From Deltaproteobacteria bacterium (GTDB taxonomy: Bacteria > Desulfobacterota > Binatia > UBA9968): 64,000 nt of DNA. Below the pieces are notes generated by a model. The model was given only the letters and a program-made list of their open reading frames with translations, searched no databases and was not told the origin of the DNA. The DNA is taken from contig JACPAM010000109.1 of assembly GCA_016180805.1 (NCBI GenBank), positions 734 to 64,733 on the forward strand. The letters run 5' to 3'. Shown piece after piece: positions 37,378 through 46,185 of the stretch (positions are counted from its first letter, which is position 1; every line of letters starts with the position of its first letter). Both the position numbers and the translations under genes were made by a program.

Positions 37378-38460
37378 TCAGAGATCTTCTCCGAACAAGA
37401 GTTTCCACGCCGCCTTGTATGCAACGATTTCACGAGCGTTCTCAGGCAGGTAGCTCAGAAACATCCGTAACCTTTGCGCATGTTCCAGTACCTGATCCTG
37501 CCGGTCTCCACCAAGGTCCATGGCTGCGAGAAACCGCCACGGGTAGTGAGAGATGAGGTCACTCCATTCTTTTAGAATGCCGCCCTTTGCCCGATCCCAG
37601 ATTCGCGCGTGGTGTTCCCGGCTGCCGGGATACACGGAGTCAGGGCCGCCAAATGCAACGTCAAAATACAGGTTGGGATAGGTCTCTATCAGCCTGCGCA
37701 CGTAATCCGGACCATAGATCGTGCTTCGACTGGCGTAACGAATCTGCGCCAGGTGGCACCAAATCAACTTCGCCTTGGGGTACCGGCGCAGCATCTCTTC
37801 GAGGGCGGGGAGCAGGGTGTCCTCGATCTCGTAGTGGATCTGAAACGGGATTCCCGTCTTTTCCGCAAACGAAAACAGATCGTGCCCCAAGGGGCCGTTT
37901 ATCGGGATGTGCACGTCCCGATTCGTCTCTCCACGCCTGAACTGCCGCGGCGAGGGGTAGTGGCGAAACTCGAACTCGCCCAAAAGCGGGTAGCCATCGG
38001 CGAGCGCATGCTGCTTCGTGGCCTCGAGAAACTCCAGAGGGGCCTCAGTCCAGGCCGGGTAAATGCCGGCATTGGTCGTTGGCATGTACCGCCATGGGTC
38101 TGCACTGACCACGCGCGCTGCGCCGTCCGACCATTTCCTTCCATCTGAGTTCGAGGAGTAAGCGACCAGAGCAATACCCTCATCATCCATCGACCGCGAG
38201 AGCGATCGCAGGTCAAGCTTCATCGTGTTGAAGCTTGATTCGATGTCGATGATCGGCAAGATGCCCTTCGCCTTGATCGCCTGGATGCGCTTTCTCCAGT
38301 TGGCCTTGAGCGCCGCGATATCGAAGGGTAGGGCGACGGGCGCGTTTCTATAGGCGGTACCGTCTGCAGGCAGCTGTCCCAGCTCTGCGCCAGACGCAAG
38401 CCCCGCCAGGCTTAGCAAGAGAAGGGCTGCGAGTGCTCGAAATGGGTACGCACGGGTCAT
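37378..38460 (-). CDS. amidohydrolase-2 (PF04909-like TIM-barrel) family protein, secreted
   Basis: Signal peptide MTRAYPFRALAALLLLSLAGLASGA. C-terminal ...ENAREIVAYKAAWKLLFGE resembles the family's NAxRLF ending. The N-terminal HxH appears to be replaced (IDIESS). Confidence 0.5.
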   Translation of the reverse strand: MTRAYPFRALAALLLLSLAGLASGAELGQLPADGTAYRNAPVALPFDIAALKANWRKRIQAIKAKGILPIIDIESSFNTMKLDLRSLSRSMDDEGIALVAYSSNSDGRKWSDGAARVVSADPWRYMPTTNAGIYPAWTEAPLEFLEATKQHALADGYPLLGEFEFRHYPSPRQFRRGETNRDVHIPINGPLGHDLFSFAEKTGIPFQIHYEIEDTLLPALEEMLRRYPKAKLIWCHLAQIRYASRSTIYGPDYVRRLIETYPNLYFDVAFGGPDSVYPGSREHHARIWDRAKGGILKEWSDLISHYPWRFLAAMDLGGDRQDQVLEHAQRLRMFLSYLPENAREIVAYKAAWKLLFGEDL

Positions 38461-38569
38461 ATGATTACATCCGTCTAACGATCAAGCTCAGAGGCGCGCC
38501 GTTCACGGCGCGTGCGCTGCAGCGCCGGGTTGGGGCACGTGACGGTCATAGTGCAGCACGCATGATCAG

Positions 38570-39198
38570 TTACCGCTTCATGTCGGCCGGGACCACTCCG
38601 GTCTTCACCCAGGACCGCATGGCCATCACGGTTGCGCGCTCTACTCCGACAAATCCATGGGCCGTGAACGCTTCACAGGCCTCTCCGCGTCCAGGCCCGC
38701 CCCCGCGGACCGTGACGAGAGGTTTGCGGCTTCTTCGGGAAAACTCCTGTGCGTCCTGATACGACGTGTACGCACACGGATCGTCCTCGTGATGCACCCA
38801 GAGCAGCTCCGCCGAAAGGTCGTCCCACTCCGCTGCCGATAGGCCCGGCCCGTTGCGCGTGGGTCGGAACAACGATGCCGTCAGGATCGTCCGGCGTGCC
38901 AGCCCCGGGTTCATGCGCGCGGCATGGAACGCGCTGACCGAGCCTTCGCTCGTCCCGACCAGCGTCCAGTCCTCGACACTGTATCGGCGACCTATCTCCT
39001 TGAGCAGTGCCTCCACATCCGCGCCGTAGCGAGGACTCTCTCGAAAGCGCTGATAGAACGTCCCCCACTGGTCGGACGGCGCATCCACGACGACCGCTAG
39101 CATCTCCTCGTCCAGCCAGAACCTCCGAGTGCGCACGCGGAGGCGATGCTCGCCAGCAGGAGCGCGACGAAGAGGACGAAGCTTTGAAAGCCACGCAT
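38570..39198 (-). pseudogene. alpha/beta hydrolase (GTSEG nucleophile elbow) with frameshift separating its lipoprotein-like signal peptide
   Basis: [23 protein letters not shown] is encoded from ATG 39198 in one frame. The mature enzyme (FWLDEEMLAVVVDAPSDQW...) continues in the -1 frame from about 39136. May alternatively be an intact cytoplasmic protein starting at 39136. Confidence 0.45.
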
Positions 39199-39460
39199 GC
39201 TAATCAAGTTCGGGCACCAATGGTCCACTCCGGATCCGAAGAGAGAGTGCATGTTCAGCGCAGCCCAACCAGTGAGTCTACTGACCGGCATAGTACGGGT
39301 CCCTGAAACAAGAATTCGAAGCGGATTCTGTTGCCTTTGCAACCAGTTGTCAAGCTTTTTGTCGAAACCACTCCACCCCCACTCTTTGCCCGCACGTTGG
39401 GTCTTGCAGTACAGGCCAGATCGGATTAACGTCTGGGAAATTGGCGAGGAGGATACATCT

Positions 39461-39946
39461 ATGAGCAGCAAGCAGTGGGACAGTCCACCTGAGATGCAGA
39501 TTGACCCGAAGAAGGCATATAAGGCGACGATCGAGACCAAGAAAGGCAATATCGAACTGGAACTCTATCCGCAGCACGCGCCGAAAACGGTCAACAACTT
39601 CGTGTTCTTAGCCCGCGAGGGGTACTACGACGGCGTGTCGTTCCACAGGGTGATCAGCGACTTCATGATCCAGGGAGGCGATCCGACGGGGACGGGTCGA
39701 GGCGGTCCTGGCTACAAATTTGAAGATGAGTTAAAGGGCAATCCGCTGACCCATCAGACGGGAGTGATCTCGATGGCCAACGCCGGGCCGAACACCAACG
39801 GGAGCCAGTTCTTCATCACGCACTCGCCGCAGCCCCACTTAAACGGGAAGCACACGGTGTTCGGGAAGGTTGTGAAGGGTCAGGAGGTCGTGGATGCAGT
39901 GCGGCAGGGCGATAAGATGGACCGCGTGAAAGTTGACGAGGGTTAG
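39461..39946 (+). CDS. ppiB: peptidyl-prolyl cis-trans isomerase, cyclophilin type
   Basis: Start ATG 39461 (MSSKQWD) with a GGCGAGGAGG SD. Motifs [25 protein letters not shown] and QFFIT. Confidence 0.85.
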   Translation: MSSKQWDSPPEMQIDPKKAYKATIETKKGNIELELYPQHAPKTVNNFVFLAREGYYDGVSFHRVISDFMIQGGDPTGTGRGGPGYKFEDELKGNPLTHQTGVISMANAGPNTNGSQFFITHSPQPHLNGKHTVFGKVVKGQEVVDAVRQGDKMDRVKVDEG

Positions 39947-39971
39947 GGGTTCTTTTTTGAACCGTTGACGG

Positions 39972-40997
39972 CTATTTGAGAATCTCCTTTAAGTTCCCCA
40001 CAATCACGGGCTTCAACTCAAATAGACCGGCGACGGTTTTCGCAAGCTCTTCTGCCGGCACGGGATCGATCTCCAGATTGGATTTCTTGGCGTCAGCCAG
40101 AAATTCCGCGTCGCGCATCGTATCCATGAACGCCTTTCGCACCGCAGCTACCCTATCCTTCGGCGTGCCAGGAGGCAGGGTGAAAGGACGGATGAGCGCG
40201 CTCATGTCGTGAATTCCCGCCTGAAGCAACTGCCGCGCCTGATCGGTCTTAGCGAAATTGATCGCGAGCGGGACTCCGGCCAAGTCGCGGCGCGGCTTCG
40301 GCATCATCTGCAGCACAACCACCACCGCGCCCGATTCCACCGCCTTGGTCCACACGGCCTTGACCGAAAACCAGTTCCACCCGCATGACCCTGCCACCTC
40401 CCCGCTTTCGGCCGCAAGCCGAACATCGGCAGTCCCTTTGTAGCCCGAAACGAGCTGGATCGGAAGATCGAGGGCAGCCTTCAGGATTTTTGGATGGTCA
40501 TTGGTGGGATCTCCCGGACCGGTACCACCCAATTTGACCGGCGTCTTGGCAGCAATTAGTTTCTCCATGCTCGTGACCCCGCTCGCTTTGGTCAGAACAC
40601 ATACGGGGCTGTCCTTAACCGGCGCGCCGACGTACTCAAACTTACGGGCATCAAATTCAACGCCCTGCCTTCCCAGAAGCTGCTGTAAAAAAAGCCCCCC
40701 GATAAAATGGCCGATGGTAAGGCCGTCGGGCTGAGCCACCTTATAAAGATGGTTGGCGGAAATAAGGCTTCCGGCTCCCGGCATGTTTTCTACAATGATT
40801 GTCGGGTTACCCGGTATGTGCCTCCCGAAATGACGGGCGATAGCACGTGTGTACGTATCGAAGCCCCCTCCGGCCGAGAAGCCCACGACGATACGAACCG
40901 TTTTGCCCTTGTAAAAATCATGCGTGCTCGCTCGCGCTTCGTCTGAGGCGATGGCAAGCCCAATGAGTAAGGCTACAAAGCTAAAAACACTTTTCAT
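39972..40997 (-). CDS. tripartite tricarboxylate transporter substrate-binding protein (Bug/TctC family), orphan
   Basis: Signal peptide and the IIVENMPGAGS motif typical of the Bug family. No tctA/tctB adjacent. Confidence 0.7.
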   Translation of the reverse strand: MKSVFSFVALLIGLAIASDEARASTHDFYKGKTVRIVVGFSAGGGFDTYTRAIARHFGRHIPGNPTIIVENMPGAGSLISANHLYKVAQPDGLTIGHFIGGLFLQQLLGRQGVEFDARKFEYVGAPVKDSPVCVLTKASGVTSMEKLIAAKTPVKLGGTGPGDPTNDHPKILKAALDLPIQLVSGYKGTADVRLAAESGEVAGSCGWNWFSVKAVWTKAVESGAVVVVLQMMPKPRRDLAGVPLAINFAKTDQARQLLQAGIHDMSALIRPFTLPPGTPKDRVAAVRKAFMDTMRDAEFLADAKKSNLEIDPVPAEELAKTVAGLFELKPVIVGNLKEILK

Positions 40998-41169
40998 ATT
41001 ACCTTCCCTCATTAATTGCGGACATCAGGGTTAACGAGCGCCTTCTATCATAGATCATTCTGAAAGGCCACACGTGCTATTTTTCCTGAACACTCAAACG
41101 CCACTGCGCGATAGTTAGGGGACCTCGCCCAGCTTCGGACTTGACTAAACGCCCGTGGGTCGGACCACG

Positions 41170-41973
41170 CTATGTCTCAGTGTTTTCAGCGTTTTCCTTC
41201 CAAAAGATAGTATTCTCGGGCGTTAGCACCTCACTTTCGCCCCGAAAATCACCCGCATAAGCCTCTCTTTCTTCCCGCAATACGTACGTTCCGCCGATCT
41301 CCGCGACTTTGCGATGTATGGCTTTGATCCCAAGCTCGTTCTTAACGTTGTCAATAAAAGCCGAACTGCCAACGGCGATAGCCTCTGACCAGCGATCGTC
41401 TCGCACCGCCATCCCGCGCATTAGCGCTTCCTCAACCCATTGGCGGTGTGCTTGCTGAAAATCCGCTACTTCCCCAAAGCCACATAAGGCGCTTAGGCCC
41501 CGAAGATCGATAATCCCATAGCGCTCGGGTGGCTTTTGAATCTCGCGGTAGCCACTCTGTGCCCATTCGCTTGGATGCTGAACCACACGTGCCCGTACCA
41601 TGTTCAAGTCAATATAGACAAGACAGCGATGCAGGTGCTCGTCGGCCTCGATAGCGGTGGCATGGTAACGATCCTCCCAGAACGCTCCCTGCCGCCCTTT
41701 GCGCTGGTTGTATTCTTGCGCGGTGCGTCCGGCAATTAGCTGCATGCTCTGCGGAATCACCTCTCGGCCCGTATCCCTTACCAGGAGATGCACGTGGTTG
41801 GACGTCACCATATAGTTAAGCACCGAGAGGCCGAATCGCTTTTTGGCCTTAAAGACCCAATGCAAGTAACGGCGTCGATCCCGCGCAAACTTCAAGAGGA
41901 ATGTCTTGTGGTGGCAGCGGTGAGTGATGTGCCAAATGTAGCCGGGCAGAAAATGGCGGCTGGCGCGGGGCAT
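41170..41973 (-). mobile_element. REP-associated tyrosine transposase (RAYT, IS200-like TnpA_REP)
   Basis: 267 aa. HuH motif NHVHLLV, RKGRQGAFWEDRYHA..., YIDLNMVRARVV..PSEWAQSGY with a catalytic Tyr. Flanked by the inverted 10-mers GGGTCGGACC (near 41146) and GGTCCGACCC (near 42083). Confidence 0.8.
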
Positions 41974-42176
41974 CGCTTCTATTCCTTAGAGTGGATAATT
42001 CACTGTCAAAAACGCGCCGCTAAGCCTCTGAAGCGCTTCTATTCTTGAATTTTTTGGCGTGAGATCAGTACCTTGCCCAGGTCCGACCCCGCGCTGCCCC
42101 GCGCTGGTGAAGGCGATGTGCGCCCAGAATATGGGAACGTCCGTTTTTCCCCAGCAGAATCGAGTAAAATTCCTAG

Positions 42177-44429
42177 CTAAGAGGATGGCTCGTGGAGCAG
42201 CGCGTGGACGCGCTCGCTGGTCATTGGCAGGCGAACAACGCGGACGCCGATAGCGGCGCTCACCGCGTTAGCGACGGCTGCGCCCACAGGATCCAGAGTT
42301 CCCTCCGCGAAGCCTTTGGCACCGAAGGGACCTGTCGGCTCAGGGTCTTCGACGATCTCGACCGAGATCTCCTCGGGCACGTCGAAGCTGGTGGGGACGA
42401 GATAGGTGGCAAACGAAGGGTTGCTTACTCCTCCGTTAACTTTGACCTCCTCGGTGAGGGCGTATCCGATGCCCATCATCACGCCTCCCCTTACCTGCCC
42501 CTCCACAGTTATCGGGTTGATCAGGCGCCCAACATCGCACACGGCGGCGTAGCGTAACACTTGAACCTGCCCCGTTCCTTCGTCCACATCGACTAATGCG
42601 GCATGGGTGCTAAAGCTGTAAGTTCCCGCAGCACTCCCCTGCCCTGTTTCCGGATCCAGAGGTTCGGTCTCGGGCATAAAGTCCGCGACCGCGGTAATCT
42701 CATGATAAACATGTCTGTTGAAAAGATCGGCTAGAGTGATCCCGCGCTCGCGATACGCCACCACACCGTCCACCAACCTGAGATCTTCCGGGTCACACCC
42801 CAAATCCCGTCCCGCCAGCTCCAGCACTTGCCGCCGTACTTTTTCAGCGGCAAGCCGCACGGCGTTTCCTGAAAGGTAGGTAACCCGGCTCGCCGAAGTC
42901 GACTCGCAGTCGGGTGCAACGGCGGTGTCGTTGGTCAGAAGCTGAATCCGATCGACATCAACTCCCAGTACTTCAGCCGCCACCTGCGCCATCATAATGT
43001 CCGAGCCTTGGCCGAGATCGACGTGCCCGCAGGCTATCGTCACGCTGCCATCCGGACTGAGGGTTACAATAGCCGTGCTGCGGGACGATTTGCGGATGCT
43101 GCCGATGCTTCGGGTGCTGCATCCCACGCCGATCCCGCGCCGCTTTCCTTTCGGAGCCTTGGCCAGCAGTGGCTTGAAGGAGTCCGCGGCACGTTTCGTC
43201 CGCTGGAGCATCTCCTTGAACGGGACGCTCGCATGCAAAACCTGGCCTGTGGCAGTCGGCAACGTGGTATCCAGGGCGTTGCGCATCCTGACTTCGATCG
43301 GGTCGAGCCCGACACGGGTTGCCAATTCATCCATAAGAGATTCGAGGGCGAAAGCAATCTGAGGTATCCCGTAGCCGCGCATCGCGCCGCACGGGACCGT
43401 GTGGGTGAAGACAGCGTAGCCGTCAGCTTTCACACTGGGAATGTAATAGGGGCCGGTGACGTGGGTAACGGACTTCGTAATCACCGCTCGCCCCTCGTAG
43501 AGATACGCCCCGGTATCGCCTACCAGGGTCGCTTCGATGGCCAAGAGCTTGCCCTCTTTCGTGGCCCCGAGCTTGAGGTCCATCACGTAGGGGTGACGCT
43601 TGTGGCTGGCGATGATGGACTCGTCCCGCTGGTATTTGACCTTTGCGGGCCGCCCCGTCTTCCAGGCGATCAACGCGGCGCAACACTGAGCATGAGGAGT
43701 GAGCTTGCCGCCGAAGCCGCCGCCGGTAGTCATCTGGTGAACCCGAACACGGCTTTGGGGCAGCCCGAGCATGCGGGAGACTTCTTCCCGATCACGGTGA
43801 GGGTATTGCGTGGAAGACCAGATGGTTATCCCTCCTTGAGGATCGACGGCGGCCACGGCCCCCTCTGGCTCCATGTAGGCGTGCTCGATGCGCTGCGTGA
43901 AAAAACGCCTTTCGAGCACGACGGCCGCGTCCCGCAGCGCCGCTTGCACGTCGCCGCGACGAGCCTTGAAATGAGTCCCGATGTTTCCGGCAGGATGCAC
44001 CGAGGGCGCTCCCGGTTCCATCGCCTTCAGCGGATCCATCACCGCGGGTAGAACCTCGTAGTTGACCACAACCTGCGCCATCGCCTCCTCCGCAGCCCGC
44101 TCCGTCTCCGCCGCAACCACGGCAACCGCGTCACCAGCGAAGCGGACCACATCCCCGCACAGGATGGGTTGATCTTTGATGATGGCTCCGATCGAGTTGG
44201 CACCTGGGATATCTTGGGCGGTGAGAACCGCGAGCACCCCCGGATGCTTGAGCGCCCGCGAGGCATCAATGGAACGAACCCGCGCGTGGGGATGGGGGCT
44301 TCGAAGCACCTTACCGTAAATCATCCCCGGAAGCGCAAGGTCGTCGACGTATCGAGCCTCGCCGGCCACCTTTCCCGGCGCATCCTTCCGCAAGATAGGC
44401 TTGCCGATGATTTTCCCGACGTGATTCAC
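42177..44429 (-). CDS. xanthine dehydrogenase family molybdopterin-binding subunit (CoxL/HcrA-like)
   Basis: 750 aa. Aldehyde oxidase/xanthine dehydrogenase a/b hammerhead and MoCo-binding profile. Last gene of the FAD-FeS-Mo operon. Confidence 0.85.
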   Translation of the reverse strand: MNHVGKIIGKPILRKDAPGKVAGEARYVDDLALPGMIYGKVLRSPHPHARVRSIDASRALKHPGVLAVLTAQDIPGANSIGAIIKDQPILCGDVVRFAGDAVAVVAAETERAAEEAMAQVVVNYEVLPAVMDPLKAMEPGAPSVHPAGNIGTHFKARRGDVQAALRDAAVVLERRFFTQRIEHAYMEPEGAVAAVDPQGGITIWSSTQYPHRDREEVSRMLGLPQSRVRVHQMTTGGGFGGKLTPHAQCCAALIAWKTGRPAKVKYQRDESIIASHKRHPYVMDLKLGATKEGKLLAIEATLVGDTGAYLYEGRAVITKSVTHVTGPYYIPSVKADGYAVFTHTVPCGAMRGYGIPQIAFALESLMDELATRVGLDPIEVRMRNALDTTLPTATGQVLHASVPFKEMLQRTKRAADSFKPLLAKAPKGKRRGIGVGCSTRSIGSIRKSSRSTAIVTLSPDGSVTIACGHVDLGQGSDIMMAQVAAEVLGVDVDRIQLLTNDTAVAPDCESTSASRVTYLSGNAVRLAAEKVRRQVLELAGRDLGCDPEDLRLVDGVVAYRERGITLADLFNRHVYHEITAVADFMPETEPLDPETGQGSAAGTYSFSTHAALVDVDEGTGQVQVLRYAAVCDVGRLINPITVEGQVRGGVMMGIGYALTEEVKVNGGVSNPSFATYLVPTSFDVPEEISVEIVEDPEPTGPFGAKGFAEGTLDPVGAAVANAVSAAIGVRVVRLPMTSERVHALLHEPSS

Positions 44430-44432
44430 AAC

Positions 44433-44915
44433 TTACTTCCCCGCACGAAGAACTTTCCCCGCAGCCGCGATGGCTTTGGCGATGGCGACGTAGTCGGCGC
44501 ACCGGCAGAGATTCCCGGCGATTGCCAGCCGTATGTCTTCCGCCGCGGCCTCGGGCTCGTCGTCCAGCAGCGACTTGGCCGCCACGATCATCCCCGGAGA
44601 GCAGAAGCCGCACTGAACCGCGCCGTGATCGATAAAGGCCTGCTGTAACGGGTGTAGCCGCCCCGCCGAGCCGATCCCTTCGATGGTGGTCACGTTGGCT
44701 CCGTCGGCTTCGACCGCGAGGACAAGGCAGGAGTTCACGGCCTTCCCATTCATGATCACCGTGCAGGCGCCACAGTCGCCGGTCTCGCAGCCTTTCTTGG
44801 TTCCGACCATTCCCAGGCGGTAGCGCAAGAAATCCGCCAGGGTCTCGTTGGTAACCGCCGGGACATCGTGCACCGCGCCATTGATATTTACGCGAACGTT
44901 GCGGCGTTGATTCAT
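44433..44915 (-). CDS. (2Fe-2S)-binding subunit of xanthine dehydrogenase family enzyme (CoxS/HcrC-like)
   Basis: Start ATG 44915 (MNQRRNVRVNINGA) overlaps the FAD-subunit TGA (ATGA). Cys motifs CETGDCGAC, CGFC and CRC. Confidence 0.85.
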   Translation of the reverse strand: MNQRRNVRVNINGAVHDVPAVTNETLADFLRYRLGMVGTKKGCETGDCGACTVIMNGKAVNSCLVLAVEADGANVTTIEGIGSAGRLHPLQQAFIDHGAVQCGFCSPGMIVAAKSLLDDEPEAAAEDIRLAIAGNLCRCADYVAIAKAIAAAGKVLRAGK

Positions 44916-45805
44916 CGTGCGCTCTCTCTCAAATCGCGAGCCAATCGATCCACAGCACGCTCTACCAATACCTGTACCATCGCCCCGCGGTAACTCGCGG
45001 AGCCGCGAATGTCGGTGATGGGATTGGCATCCTTCTCCGCCGCCAGCCGCGCCGCCTCCTTTGCGGTCTTGTCCCCGATGGGCTGTCCCTGGAGAGCTGC
45101 TTCGGCATGACGGGCGCGAACCGGTGTCGGAGCGACCGCACCTAAAGCGATCCGCACATCCTGCCAACTTTTCCGCTGCGCGTCCGCAGTGACGAACACG
45201 GCCACGCTGACGATGCAGATATCCTCGGGAGCCCCGCGCGGCCCGAGTTTGTAGAAAACGCCCCGACCCTGCGCCGGTGCGCTCGGAATCCGGACTTCCG
45301 TCAGGATCTCCTGATCCAATACGGTCTTTCCCGGGGCTAGAAAGAAATCCTCCAGGGCGACGGACCGCTCCCCTTTTGGACTCACGAGCCTGAGCGAAGC
45401 CTGGAGCGTGAGAAGCGGTGGCGCGCTATCAGCGGCGGGAGAGGCGTTGGCGAGGTTGCCTCCGAGCGTGGCCCGGTTTCCTATCTGCATGGACCCGAGA
45501 ATCTTCAACGCTTCCGAAAGAAGCGGAAATCGCTCCCGCACCACAGGCGAGCGCGAAATGGCTCGGGTGCTGACCGCGGCGCCCAAACGGAGCGTCCCGT
45601 TATCCGCTTGGATCCCGCCGAGTTCGGGGATGCGCTTAATGTCAATGAGCGCTTGCGGCTTGAGCTTCCCCTCCTTCAGCGCAACCAGAACCTCGGTCCC
45701 GCCCGCGTACAGCGAAACGTTCCCGTCGAGCCGTCGCATGAGGTCGAATGCTTCCTCGATGGTGGAGGGTTGATGATAGTCGAACGGAGGTAGGCTTCCC
45801 AGCAT
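44912..45805 (-). CDS. FAD-binding subunit of xanthine dehydrogenase family enzyme (CoxM/HcrB-like)
   Basis: 297 aa, FAD_binding_5 / CO-dehydrogenase flavoprotein C-terminal-like profile. Confidence 0.8.
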   Translation of the reverse strand: MLGSLPPFDYHQPSTIEEAFDLMRRLDGNVSLYAGGTEVLVALKEGKLKPQALIDIKRIPELGGIQADNGTLRLGAAVSTRAISRSPVVRERFPLLSEALKILGSMQIGNRATLGGNLANASPAADSAPPLLTLQASLRLVSPKGERSVALEDFFLAPGKTVLDQEILTEVRIPSAPAQGRGVFYKLGPRGAPEDICIVSVAVFVTADAQRKSWQDVRIALGAVAPTPVRARHAEAALQGQPIGDKTAKEAARLAAEKDANPITDIRGSASYRGAMVQVLVERAVDRLARDLRESAR

Positions 45806-46130
45806 AAGATACTAAGATCCGACTATTTCTCGGTCAAACGTACCGGCAGGTTGCCGTGCAAAGAGAACCGAGGCTTCGCGGTGCCCGGTTTTTTTTCGTT
45901 TCAGCAAATTGTGTACCAGCCGCAGGATTCTACACCCAACGAAAAAGCCACAAAATTTCAAGATGCCGCCGCGCACTGCTCTAGCGTAATTTCCAGAAAT
46001 TGGGAAATCGGCCGCTTTGCCTTCCCAAAACCAAGAAGAGCAGACAACACACGGATCGAGCCGGACTTCGTCTGTCCCATTTTTGTCTTGCCAAAGCCCT
46101 CTCCTTTACATAGGATCTTTCGCACATACA

Positions 46131-46166
46131 GGGGACACTCCCCCTTCCGGAAAGGGGAGTGTCCCC
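46131..46166. promoter_or_regulatory. 36-bp near-perfect palindrome GGGGACACTCCCC-cTTCCGGAAa-GGGGAGTGTCCCC (candidate operator)
   Basis: 13-bp perfect inverted arms around a palindromic TTCCGGAA core. Ends 7 nt before the SD (GAGGAG) of the CoA-ligase gene, in the divergent promoter region shared with the FAD/FeS/Mo operon. Confidence 0.45.
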
Positions 46167-46185
46167 CTCGCGAGGAGCATTGGGT

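Noticed and set aside
46159-46185. GTG start at 46159 for the CoA ligase (as in the ORF track)
   Set aside because: It lies inside the 36-bp palindrome and lacks an SD. ATG 46186 has a GAGGAG SD and matches the N-terminus of ligase homologs.
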